Below, piece after piece: positions 50,963-60,124 of a stretch of DNA of 64,000 nucleotides. The first letter of the stretch is position 1. Every line of letters begins with the position of its first letter. This DNA is from Pseudomonadota bacterium (lineage in GTDB: Bacteria; Pseudomonadota; Alphaproteobacteria; Acetobacterales; Acetobacteraceae): NCBI GenBank assembly GCA_021818425.1, contig JAKAEC010000005.1:15462-79461 (forward strand), written 5' to 3'. A program made the translations under genes and the position numbers. Under the pieces are notes generated by a model. The model saw only the letters and a program-made list of their open reading frames with translations, did no database searches and was not told the DNA's origin.

Positions 50963-51250
50963 TTATTGAACCTCCCGGTACAATTTCCGGGCCACGGTGG
51001 CGGAGCCACGTCGTCCGGGCAGGAGTATAATTTCGACTACTTTTACCCCCTGCGGCAGAGCCAGCGTCAACACATCGCCCGGGCGCAGCTTGGCGTGAGG
51101 TTTGTCCGTCGGTTGGCGATTGATGCGCACCGCACCTTTTTCTATCATGGCCTCCGCCACCGAGCGGGTTTTGCAGAAGCGCGCGAATACCAGAAACTTA
51201 TCCAGCCGCAGCCAGCTTGTCTCTGGCTGGCTCAACTCAACGCCTAGCAA
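50963..51250 (-). CDS. hslR: RNA-binding S4 domain protein (Hsp15-like)
   Basis: LRLDKFLVFARFCKTRS..GAVRIN..KP..LRPGD, RRGSATVARKLY. Confidence 0.85.
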   Translation of the reverse strand: MLGVELSQPETSWLRLDKFLVFARFCKTRSVAEAMIEKGAVRINRQPTDKPHAKLRPGDVLTLALPQGVKVVEIILLPGRRGSATVARKLYREVQ

Positions 51251-53768
51251 CCTTCAGCGCCGCCAAGGCCGCGAAAGGATTGTTGGCATCCACCGTCACC
51301 GTTTCTGACTCGCGTTCCTGCTTGCGCATGGGCGCGACGGCCTGACGTTGACGTGGTTGCTGTTCCTGCTTGCGACGGCCCAACATGGCTGGCGCTGGGG
51401 GGCCGAAATATTTGTCGCTCTGTACGCTGGCTGGGAATACGCGAAAGCCTAACACGTTAAGTGTCGGTGCTAGTTGCTCGGGCTTAAGCCCCATACGGCT
51501 GGCGAGGTTGGGGGGCAGCAAAATTTGGTGTTTGCGCACGAGGTAATGCAGCTCGCGAGTTACACGTTCCACTACATCGAGGCGAATCATGATATCGTTC
51601 ACCTGCACCCAGCCCATGGCGAGCGCGAAATCATATCCCCAATTGTTGGGCATGGGCGCGCAGACTAGGCCCGGCGCAGGCAGTTCCGGCGGGGTGCGGT
51701 CGTACCATACGCCCCAGAACAGGGCGCGCAGCCGGGCGGCACCGGGCTTGAGCGCCGCAGGCAGGTACATGGCGAAGCGGCCCATATCTATGCCAAACTT
51801 TTTTGCCTCTTGCCGCAACTCCGGTGTGAAGGGCTCGGGCGGAAGCACGCCACCGGATTCCGAAAGCCGATGCACGATGCCGCGCAAGATGGTAGGCGGA
51901 TTTTCCATGGCCTTCAGAAGCGCACCAAGGCGCTTCTCTGTCTCGGTGGCGAGCCAGGCAGCTAGCCGGGCACGGATGCGTTCGCGTGCCAAGCCATCGA
52001 GGAATTCAGAATGCAGGACCTCGACGCCAGGCTTGAGGAAGATGTCGGTCTTCTTCAGCTTGGCGATCTTCACGTTTTCCCATATGAAATGGCGGTCGTC
52101 TGAAAGGGTGATGGCGTCATCGGCGGCGGTTTCCGCAGCCAGAATCCGGCGTGGCATCTCCACTCCGAGTGCTCGGCGGGCGGCGCGGAGCAGAATTTTC
52201 TTCTCCGGTCCTTGGGTGGCCGGATCCGGGTGGAACTGAAAGCCCTCGATCCGGCCAACATCATGGCCTTCTACACTCACTAAACCGTCCGGTGTCACAA
52301 TGGCCTGCAACTCTTCCGCCTCTGCGTCTTCCAAGCGTCTCGTCAAATGTGCCGCCCTCTTATCAACAAACCGCGCCATCAATTTTACATGCAGCGTGTC
52401 GGAAAGCCGATTCTCCACCGCCCTGGCGCGCATGGCCCAGGTATCGGCATCGGTCATCCAATCCGCTCTTGCCGTTATATAGGCCCAAACGCGCACGTCC
52501 GTCAGCCTCTGCATGAGCAAATCGATGTCGCCTTCCAAACGGTCGAGATTTTCAATCTCGCCTGCTACCCAATCCTCTGGCAATTTTTCCCTGGCTAGCA
52601 GGTGGGTAAACACCTTGGCCACCAGCTTCACGTGCGTGTCCGTGGCAAGCTTGCGGAAATCCGGGATTTGGCAGGCTTCCCAGAGCAACCGTGTGGCCGC
52701 CCGGCCTTGCGCGCGGCGCATGAGGTCAGTGTCGCGGGAGAGGGCATCTAGCGTCTGCACGTCTGTTGCCTCATTGCCGCGCACCAAGCCAAGCCGGTTG
52801 GGTAGGGTTGTGAGGCTGGCCAGCAGGGTGGGCACGGAGGCGAAATCCAGTTCGCTGTTGCGCCAGAAAATCTGCTCCAGCTTCTCGAATTCGTGGGACT
52901 CGACCTGCTCCGCTCGTTCCTCGGCCAAGGGGGGGCAATTGGCGGTTGTGCCGAAGCTGCCGTCCCGCATTCCTCGCCCCGCGCGCCCGGCGATCTGCGC
53001 TACTTCAGAGGGGATGAGCGGGCGGGGCTGGCGGCCGTCGAATTTCTGCAAGCCCGCGAACGCGACATGGTTTACATCCATGTTCAGTCCCATGCCGATC
53101 GCGTCTGTCGCCACTAGAAAATCCACGTCCTTATCCTGGTAGAGTGCCACTTGAGCGTTTCGGGTGCGGGGCGAAAGGCGGCCCATGACGACCGCGCAGC
53201 CGCCCCGCTGTCGACGCACGGCTTCGGCGATGGCGTAAACCTCGGCGGCGGAGAAGGCGACAATGGCCGAGCGCGGCGGCAAACGCCCGAGCTTGGTCGC
53301 CCCAGCGAAGCTGAGTTGGGATAGGCGCGGGCGGGTTTCGATCTCAACATCGGGGATGAGGCGGCGCATCAAGGGTGCGATGGTATCGGCTCCCAGGAAC
53401 ATGGTTTCCACCAGTCCACGGGCGTTCAGCAGCCGGTCGGTGAACACATGCCCGCGGTCCGGATCAGCACAGAGCTGGATCTCGTCGACAGCTAAGAATT
53501 CTACCTTGCGGTCCAGCGGCATGGCCTCCACTGTGCAGGAGAACCAGCGCGCGCCCGGCGGGACGATTTTCTCCTCGCCCGTGATCAGCGCTACGGATTT
53601 GACGCCTTTGGCCTTGACCATGCGATCATAATTTTCCCGCGCAAGTAGGCGCAGCGGGAAGCCAATTATGCCGGACGCGTGGGATAGCAGGCGCTCGATG
53701 GCGAGATGCGTCTTGCCGGTATTGGTAGGGCCTAGCACGGCCCTTACCCTTGTTAGAAATCCGGACAT
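51237..53768 (-). CDS. SUV3/MgpS-like superfamily 2 helicase
   Basis: LGPTNTGKT, VDEIQ, ATDAIGMGLN, QIAGRAGR. Confidence 0.92.
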   Translation of the reverse strand: MSGFLTRVRAVLGPTNTGKTHLAIERLLSHASGIIGFPLRLLARENYDRMVKAKGVKSVALITGEEKIVPPGARWFSCTVEAMPLDRKVEFLAVDEIQLCADPDRGHVFTDRLLNARGLVETMFLGADTIAPLMRRLIPDVEIETRPRLSQLSFAGATKLGRLPPRSAIVAFSAAEVYAIAEAVRRQRGGCAVVMGRLSPRTRNAQVALYQDKDVDFLVATDAIGMGLNMDVNHVAFAGLQKFDGRQPRPLIPSEVAQIAGRAGRGMRDGSFGTTANCPPLAEERAEQVESHEFEKLEQIFWRNSELDFASVPTLLASLTTLPNRLGLVRGNEATDVQTLDALSRDTDLMRRAQGRAATRLLWEACQIPDFRKLATDTHVKLVAKVFTHLLAREKLPEDWVAGEIENLDRLEGDIDLLMQRLTDVRVWAYITARADWMTDADTWAMRARAVENRLSDTLHVKLMARFVDKRAAHLTRRLEDAEAEELQAIVTPDGLVSVEGHDVGRIEGFQFHPDPATQGPEKKILLRAARRALGVEMPRRILAAETAADDAITLSDDRHFIWENVKIAKLKKTDIFLKPGVEVLHSEFLDGLARERIRARLAAWLATETEKRLGALLKAMENPPTILRGIVHRLSESGGVLPPEPFTPELRQEAKKFGIDMGRFAMYLPAALKPGAARLRALFWGVWYDRTPPELPAPGLVCAPMPNNWGYDFALAMGWVQVNDIMIRLDVVERVTRELHYLVRKHQILLPPNLASRMGLKPEQLAPTLNVLGFRVFPASVQSDKYFGPPAPAMLGRRKQEQQPRQRQAVAPMRKQERESETVTVDANNPFAALAALKVARR

Positions 53769-53825
53769 GGGCTCAGCTTAGGATAAGGGAAGCGCTTTGC
53801 AAGTTTCGGACAGACTTCTCTGGGA

Positions 53826-55637
53826 TCAAGCGTCGTGCGCCTTGGTTAGGATTTGGTGAACTGTTTCGGCATCCGGCGCGGCTAGAGCCTCGTTGGCTAA
53901 TTGCTCGCAGGCCTGCAGATGGCACGCGCGGACGGCCTGCTTCACGCGTGGCACCGCGTTGACGTGCATAGAGAGATGTCGGATGCCCAGCCCTAGCAGC
54001 AAGGGTGTGGCTGCCGGGTGGCTGGCGAGCTCCCCGCAGATGGAGACAGGAAGCCCGGCCGTTCCCGCGAAGCTGGCGGTGAGATGGATCAGCCGCAGCA
54101 CGGCGGGTTCCAGCGGGTCGTAGAGCTTCACGTCGCTGGGCATGGACCGGTCTGCTGCCAGTGTGTACATGGTGAGGTCGTTGGTGCCGATGGCGAAGAA
54201 GTCCGAGTGCTTGGCCAGTAGCGGTGCCGCCAGAGCTGCGGCGGGGGTTTCCACCATGATGCCGAGCGGCGGCATTTTTTCTGGCAAGATTGTATTTTTC
54301 CGTTGCTTCAGCCGCCGCCAGACGCGGCGCATCGCCTCCCGGGTTTCGGTGAGTTCCCTGGCTACGGAGACCATGGGCACCATTATCCGCACCGGCCCTG
54401 CGGCGGCGGCACGCATGATGGCGGCCAGCTGTGTGTCCAGCAGTTTTTTGTGGCGCAGCAGCAGCCTTATGCCGCGTAGCCCCAGCGCGGGGTTGGGTTC
54501 TGAGGCTTCGGGCAGGAAACGGGATAGCGCTTCCACATCCTTGTCTGACCCCCAATCCAGCAGCCGGATGGTGACAGGATCGCCATCCATCGCTTCGACG
54601 ATGTCGTGATACATGCGCGTCTGGGTTTCCTCGTCCGGAACGGCTTCGCGGTTCATGAACATGAACTCCGAGCGCAGCAGCCCAATGCCGCGTGCGCCGG
54701 ATTCGGCGATCATTTTCAGCTCGAAGGGCAGCTCTAAATTGGCTTGTAGCTCGATCTGGGTGCCGCAGCGCGTTTGCGCGGGCAAGTGTTGAAGCCGTGT
54801 GAGGGCGCGACGCGCGCGGGTTTGGGCAGAAAGCTGTTTGCGCGCGGCATTCAGGCTGGCCTTAGTGGCATTGAGGATGATCTCGCCCTTGTCACCGTCA
54901 ATGATGGTGAAGGCGCCGGGCGTGGTTTTGTCCAGCAGGCCGGAGACGCCCAGCACGGCGGGTATGCCGAGGGCGCGGAGCATAACGGCGGTGTGGCCAT
55001 CCAGCCCCCCCTCGGCGGTAACGATGCCGGCGAAATGGCTTGGTTGGATGAGCGCTGCTTCAGCGGGGCGTAGGTCTTTAGCGGCTAGAATACTGCCTTG
55101 GGGCAAGGCGGCGAAGGAGCGAAAGGGCTGGCGGGTTAAGTTGCGGATGATCCGCCGCGCCACCTCCCTCACCTCATCCGCGCGGCGGAGGCGTCCAGCT
55201 TTGTCATCACCTGCCTGAGTTAGAATCAAACCGGCCTGCGCCTCTGCCTCCGTCTGGACGGCGGCTTCCGGGCTTTGTTCGCCACTTTGGATGCGCGCCT
55301 TGATGCCGCGCAGCAGGCGGGAAGAGCCGAGCATGTGCAGATGGACATCCAGCAGCGGCGCGATTTCGGCTTGGCTATCTTTAGGAAGCGCCGTCAGCCG
55401 AGATTTGAGTTTTTGGAGCTGATGGCGAGAGCGGATGATGGCGTCGTCCAGACGCGCTAGTTCCTTGGGGATTTCGGATTTGGCACAGGGTTGGATGGGA
55501 ATGACCAGTGCGGCCTCAGTCGCCTCGTGCAGGGGACCAAAGCCTATTCCTGGGTAGAGCGGCTGGCCCCGCAGGCGCTTTTCACGTGGCGCGGAAGGAG
55601 TAAGTTTGGCGGCGGGTTTCGATTTAATCGGTTTCAT
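53826..55637 (-). CDS. ptsI: Phosphoenolpyruvate-protein phosphotransferase (PTS enzyme I, no GAF domain)
   Basis: GGLDGHTAVM (His), GIGLLRSEF, NPALGLRGIR, IGTNDL, ICGELA. Confidence 0.92.
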   Translation of the reverse strand: MKPIKSKPAAKLTPSAPREKRLRGQPLYPGIGFGPLHEATEAALVIPIQPCAKSEIPKELARLDDAIIRSRHQLQKLKSRLTALPKDSQAEIAPLLDVHLHMLGSSRLLRGIKARIQSGEQSPEAAVQTEAEAQAGLILTQAGDDKAGRLRRADEVREVARRIIRNLTRQPFRSFAALPQGSILAAKDLRPAEAALIQPSHFAGIVTAEGGLDGHTAVMLRALGIPAVLGVSGLLDKTTPGAFTIIDGDKGEIILNATKASLNAARKQLSAQTRARRALTRLQHLPAQTRCGTQIELQANLELPFELKMIAESGARGIGLLRSEFMFMNREAVPDEETQTRMYHDIVEAMDGDPVTIRLLDWGSDKDVEALSRFLPEASEPNPALGLRGIRLLLRHKKLLDTQLAAIMRAAAAGPVRIMVPMVSVARELTETREAMRRVWRRLKQRKNTILPEKMPPLGIMVETPAAALAAPLLAKHSDFFAIGTNDLTMYTLAADRSMPSDVKLYDPLEPAVLRLIHLTASFAGTAGLPVSICGELASHPAATPLLLGLGIRHLSMHVNAVPRVKQAVRACHLQACEQLANEALAAPDAETVHQILTKAHDA

Positions 55638-55905
55638 GGAAGCCGGCCTCGATAAGCGCCGTGATGGCGTCGAGGGCTTCCCGTGCGTCGAAGCCCTCGG
55701 CAGAGAGCGTAACCGAACTGCCCATCCCTGCGCCCAGCATCATCAATCCCATGATGGAGCGGGCGGAGACGGATTGACCATCCTTAGCGACGTCCACAGT
55801 GGCGGAGAATTGTTCAGCCAGATTAACGAGCTTGGCGGCGGCGCGAGCATGCAGGCCGCGCCGATTGACGATGCCGATTTCGGCCGAGATGACAGTCCCG
55901 TCCAT
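55624..55905 (-). CDS. ptsH: Phosphocarrier protein HPr
   Basis: GLHARAAA (His15), ARSIMGLMML (Ser46). Confidence 0.94.
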   Translation of the reverse strand: MDGTVISAEIGIVNRRGLHARAAAKLVNLAEQFSATVDVAKDGQSVSARSIMGLMMLGAGMGSSVTLSAEGFDAREALDAITALIEAGFHETD

Positions 55906-55908
55906 GCC

Positions 55909-56334
55909 CTATTCGGCCGCGTTGCAAGCAGCTGGGCCAAGGGGCTGAAGCTCACGGCCGTTACAGATGTATTTTTTGCCGGCTGCCTCTGCGATTCTGA
56001 CAGTCTCGGAAAGGGTCCTCTGGCCACGAATCTTGGCTAGTTTAACCAACATTGGAAGGTTAACTCCGCCTAGCACTTCGATATTTGGGTGTGAGGCCAT
56101 CGACATGGCCAAGTTGGAGGGCGTGCCGCCGAACATGTCCGTGAGCAGGATGACGCCATCGCCGTTATCGACCTCAGCGATGCGCCTGGCTATTTCGGCT
56201 TTCTGGCCTTCAAACGCGGCATCTGATTCGATGCAAACTGTGGCAAGCTGCTGCTGTTTGCCAACCACATGCTCCATGGCGTCACGCATGGCCAAAGCCA
56301 GCGTGCCATGAGTGACAAGAACGAGACCGATCAT
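55909..56334 (-). CDS. PTS EIIA mannose-type component
   Basis: MIGLVLVTHG, LTDMFGGTPSN, GVNLPML. Confidence 0.92.
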   Translation of the reverse strand: MIGLVLVTHGTLALAMRDAMEHVVGKQQQLATVCIESDAAFEGQKAEIARRIAEVDNGDGVILLTDMFGGTPSNLAMSMASHPNIEVLGGVNLPMLVKLAKIRGQRTLSETVRIAEAAGKKYICNGRELQPLGPAACNAAE

Positions 56335-56344
56335 AGGGGTGGAC

Positions 56345-57238
56345 TCATGCCTTCCCGATAATTCCAGGCTGGGGAGCGAGGAACTTTGCCGCTTCCCGAT
56401 GGGTAGCGATGACACGCCAGCCCTGCTGAGCAAGATGAGTGCTTAATTTCTCAACCATATAAACCGATCTGTGTTGTCCGCCGGTGCATCCGACACACAT
56501 TGTTGCATATTTTTTTCCTTCCTGCACGAACCTCGGCAGTAAAAATTCAACAAGACTTAGAACTTTGTTGAAGTATTCTGCAAAATCAGCGTCTTGCTCA
56601 ATAAAGTTACCGATAGCGGCGTCAAGCCCTGAAAGCGGACGTAGATCTGTTTCATAGTACGGATTTCTCAAGAAGCGTGCATCGAAGATCAGATCTGCTT
56701 CCGGCGGAAGGCCTGCCGCGTAAGAGAAGGAAACCAAAGAGATGGCGAGGCCTGGAGAGGTTGCGCCATAGCGCATCTCTACCATGCCGCGCAGCTTGGG
56801 CAAGGGCAGGGTGGAGGTATCCAAGAGCCAGTCGGCGGCGCGGGCAAGGGGGGTTGTCAGTTCGCGTTCCAATGCAATGCCGTCCTTTACTGGGCCTGCT
56901 TGGGCCAGCGGATGGCGGCGGCGGGTTTCGGAATAGCGGCGGATGAGAACTGCGTCGTTTGCAGTGGTATAGACAAGGGAGGGTTCCAGCCCCTCATACG
57001 CGCGGAGTTTGGTGAGGGCTTCGAGTACCGATTCTGCTGAGAAGCCGCGGGAGCGGGCATCCACGCCGATGGCGAGATTTCGTTGGGCTTGGATGATAAG
57101 CGTTTCCAGCGTGTCTAGTGGTGGATTGTCTACGGTTTCAAAGCCGAGATCCTCTAGCGCGCGGAGTATGGAGTTCTTTCCTGCACCTGAAAGGCCGCTA
57201 ACGAGCACGACCTGCAATCTGTCTGGCGTGCTGCTCAT
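56345..57238 (-). CDS. rapZ: RNase adapter RapZ family P-loop protein
   Basis: SGLSGAGK, VDNPP, RRYSETRRRHPL, DARFLRNPY, GCTGGQHRSV. Confidence 0.94.
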   Translation of the reverse strand: MSSTPDRLQVVLVSGLSGAGKNSILRALEDLGFETVDNPPLDTLETLIIQAQRNLAIGVDARSRGFSAESVLEALTKLRAYEGLEPSLVYTTANDAVLIRRYSETRRRHPLAQAGPVKDGIALERELTTPLARAADWLLDTSTLPLPKLRGMVEMRYGATSPGLAISLVSFSYAAGLPPEADLIFDARFLRNPYYETDLRPLSGLDAAIGNFIEQDADFAEYFNKVLSLVEFLLPRFVQEGKKYATMCVGCTGGQHRSVYMVEKLSTHLAQQGWRVIATHREAAKFLAPQPGIIGKA

Positions 57239-57672
57239 GTGGCAAAGGCGCCTGCTTGTTGGGTGATGCGCCCGCAGGCGGCTTCCAGTGCCAGGGCGGC
57301 GCGGGCGGCAGCGGACGGGTGGGCGGCGTCCAGCGTGATCTCAGGCAGATCGAGCCCCGCGTGCCGGCGCGGTGCCGGCAGACGCTCCGCCATAATGCTA
57401 CTAAGCGAAATAATGAGGCGCAACCGCGCGGGGGCCACGAAGGGCAGGCGGAACAGGCCGAGGCCGCGTACCTCCAACAGGCCTGCTAAACCGGGTGGCG
57501 GGCTGGCCATGCCTTTCTCGATTAGCACCTGATCATCGGCGACGAGGCTGAACCCCTTATCAATTAACCGCAGAAGCAGGTCTGATTTCCCCGAGCCGGA
57601 TGGCCCGAGGAGCAGCAAAGCATCGCCGCCCGGCTGGTTTTGCCGGGCGGCACAGGAGGCGTGCCAGTGCAT
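57235..57672 (-). CDS. hprK: HPr kinase/phosphorylase (short alphaproteobacterial form)
   Basis: HASC, GPSGSGKSDL, LVADD, GLLEVRGLG. Confidence 0.88.
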   Translation of the reverse strand: MHWHASCAARQNQPGGDALLLLGPSGSGKSDLLLRLIDKGFSLVADDQVLIEKGMASPPPGLAGLLEVRGLGLFRLPFVAPARLRLIISLSSIMAERLPAPRRHAGLDLPEITLDAAHPSAAARAALALEAACGRITQQAGAFAT

Positions 57673-57726
57673 GGTGTAGTGATTGTGGCAAAATCCGGGC
57701 GAAGGTGGAAGGTTTGACAGATTACT

Positions 57727-58995
57727 TTACATGCGGGTGGGCAGTTTAACAACTGCTGGGGCACGACCTTTGGGTAACTCGTAGCCTGCGGTTTCAAGCA
57801 TGGCGCCATCGGAGACTTCTACCAGGGTCCCGCGGTCGAACCCATTGAAGGCGGTACGCAGGCAGGTACCGTAGGCCCCGAGTTGGCCAATCTCGATCCA
57901 GTCCCCTTCTGTCACGTCATCAGGCAACAAGAAAGGGCCGTGCATGACGTCCAATGAATCGCAGCTGGGGCCGAAGAAGCCGAAAGCCGTGTCAGGTGCC
58001 CCCCGGCTATGGCGGGTGCGTAGCAGACGGGTGGGGAATCGGAAGCGCAAAGTGCCGGCATCGGCAAGGGTACCGTACACACCATCGTTAATGTAGAGCA
58101 TGTTGCCGCGGCGCATTTGCACCTGCACAACTACAGAGGCGCCGCTGCCAACTAAAGCGCGGCCGGGTTCGGCCCAAAGTTTCAGCCAGGGCATTTGCAG
58201 AACGTTGTACGCAGCGTCTATCTCGGCCATGAAGGTGCCTAGCGGGGGCGGGCTCATGTCCGGGTAGGCGATGGGGAAGCCACCACCGATATCCAGCACA
58301 TCTACGCGCACGCCGGAGGCACGAATTACCTCACCCGCGAGCTGCATTGCATCGCGCCAAGCGGCCGGGTCCAGACACTGGGAGCCGACATGGAAGGCAA
58401 CGCCGAGTTTGTCGGTAAGCGACCGCGCGGCGTGCAGTAACGAGATGGCGGCTTCTGGTTCGGCGCCGAATTTCTGAGAGAGGTTAATAGCCGCACCCAT
58501 TTCCGGTAGCCTCAGGCGAATGAACAGCCCCGGTTTGCCGGCCTGCTGTTCAAGTTCCTGCATGATTTTTGTTAACTCGCTTCCGGTATCGAGTACGAAA
58601 TCGCGTACGCCGTGTAGCATCCAGGCTTCGCGGATGGCGGAGCGCGCTTTTACTGGGTGCATGAAATGGATCTCAGCACCGGGGAAAAGGCGACGGACAA
58701 GTTGGACTTCGGAGATGGAGGCGCAGTCGAAGTGGCGCACCCCGCCATCCCATACGGCGCGCAGTACGGCTGGCTCCGGGTTGCACTTCACGGCATACAG
58801 CACTTTGCCGTTGAAGGTGGCACGAAAGGCGGCGGCGGTGTTACTGATAACTTCAGGACGCACGCAGTGCAGAGGCTCCTCCGGACGGAGGGCCTTGACC
58901 ATTTCATCGACGCTGGAGAGGGTTTTCCCGTTGGCGCGAAGGGAAATGTGGCAATGCAGCGGTCCAACAGCTGCACGATTTTTGATCAGGCTCAT
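57727..58995 (-). CDS. Ornithine/lysine decarboxylase, fold type III PLP enzyme
   Basis: YAVKCN (PLP Lys), FDCAS, KFGA, FHVGSQ, DIGGGFP, EPGRAL, GPSCDSLD, GAYG. Confidence 0.9.
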   Translation of the reverse strand: MSLIKNRAAVGPLHCHISLRANGKTLSSVDEMVKALRPEEPLHCVRPEVISNTAAAFRATFNGKVLYAVKCNPEPAVLRAVWDGGVRHFDCASISEVQLVRRLFPGAEIHFMHPVKARSAIREAWMLHGVRDFVLDTGSELTKIMQELEQQAGKPGLFIRLRLPEMGAAINLSQKFGAEPEAAISLLHAARSLTDKLGVAFHVGSQCLDPAAWRDAMQLAGEVIRASGVRVDVLDIGGGFPIAYPDMSPPPLGTFMAEIDAAYNVLQMPWLKLWAEPGRALVGSGASVVVQVQMRRGNMLYINDGVYGTLADAGTLRFRFPTRLLRTRHSRGAPDTAFGFFGPSCDSLDVMHGPFLLPDDVTEGDWIEIGQLGAYGTCLRTAFNGFDRGTLVEVSDGAMLETAGYELPKGRAPAVVKLPTRM

Positions 58996-59383
58996 TATGA
59001 CGATCCAGGCAAACGGGATAGGTAAAGTCTAGCCCGCTGCGGTGGCAAAGAAAACAAAAGTTCCTGGACAAGGCGTTGCGGCGTCCTCAAACGCATTGAC
59101 GCGATGACCGTGCTCAGCCTTTCGCCCGTGCTTCGATCATTATTAAACGCTTTAACAGCAACGCCAAAACTTTCGCAATTGAACTCGGCTCCAGACGACG
59201 CCGATTTTGACTCACCAAAATGCGTTTTATCGTTACTGTACCCAGGCCACTGACGTTCGCGGCACACGCGACGCGTCGGGTGTCTTTCATATGAGCTAAT
59301 CTTGTAGACTTGCGGGGCAGAAAGCCACGCGTCCAATGATGCTATTTTTTGTATGAACTCCTTACTTCGTGCATCGGGAACGT

Positions 59384-60124
59384 TCAAGCAATTGCCCGGG
59401 CGTGAGGCTGAGCGATGTTACGCGATGCTGCATCGATGTTTTGGCTATCTTTCCGCGGGTCAATGGCCATGTAGCCCCGGCCCCAGTTTGTTTCAATGAA
59501 GTCATCTACGCCAAGTGCTTGGAGTTTTTTGCGTATCTTGCAGATAAATACGTCGATGATCTTCGGGTTCGGTTCATCCAGCCCGCCGTAGAGATGATCC
59601 AGTATAGCTTCCTTACTTAACACGACGCCTTTGCGCAGAGCTAGAATTTCAGCGATCTGATATTCCTTCTTAGTGAGCATGACAGGCTTGCCGTTTGCGT
59701 AGATTTTTTTTGCGTTCATGTTGATCTCAACCTGGCCGAGACGCAGTGCATTTTCATGAAAACCACGGGAGCGGCGGATCAGATTCTGAGTCTTCATGAA
59801 AACTTCCTCGTGGGAGAGGGCATCCACGATCAAGTCGTCAGCGCCGATTTGCAACACCCTGAGGCGCGTAGCTTCGCTCATGGAGCGGGCAATTGCGATG
59901 AGTGGTGCGCGTACGCGGGCAAGGCGAAGTTTACGGATGAGGTCAAGTTCTCCAGGACGGTTTTCGGAGAGCCGCAACAAAACGGCGTCATAATCATAGA
60001 ACTTAACCAGATCGAGGGCTTCTTCAGGATCGTTTGTTTCGTCAACGATTGCCATCCGCGAGCGAAGAAATGCAGTAAGAAGATCTTTTTTGTTTGAGAT
60101 TGTCTCAAAAGATAAGATTTTCAC
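59384..60124 (-). CDS. CtrA-like response regulator with degenerate (pseudo-)receiver domain
   Basis: C-terminal LTKKEYQIAEILALRKG..HLYGGLDEPNPKIIDVFICKIRKKL..IETNWGRGY is CtrA-like; GTG 60124 follows a GGAGG RBS. Confidence 0.85.
   Translation of the reverse strand: MKILSFETISNKKDLLTAFLRSRMAIVDETNDPEEALDLVKFYDYDAVLLRLSENRPGELDLIRKLRLARVRAPLIAIARSMSEATRLRVLQIGADDLIVDALSHEEVFMKTQNLIRRSRGFHENALRLGQVEINMNAKKIYANGKPVMLTKKEYQIAEILALRKGVVLSKEAILDHLYGGLDEPNPKIIDVFICKIRKKLQALGVDDFIETNWGRGYMAIDPRKDSQNIDAASRNIAQPHARAIA

Noticed and set aside
53826-57672. PTS cluster without a transporter as a novel system
   Set aside because: hprK-rapZ-EIIA-HPr(-EI) is the known regulatory PTS arrangement of alphaproteobacteria.
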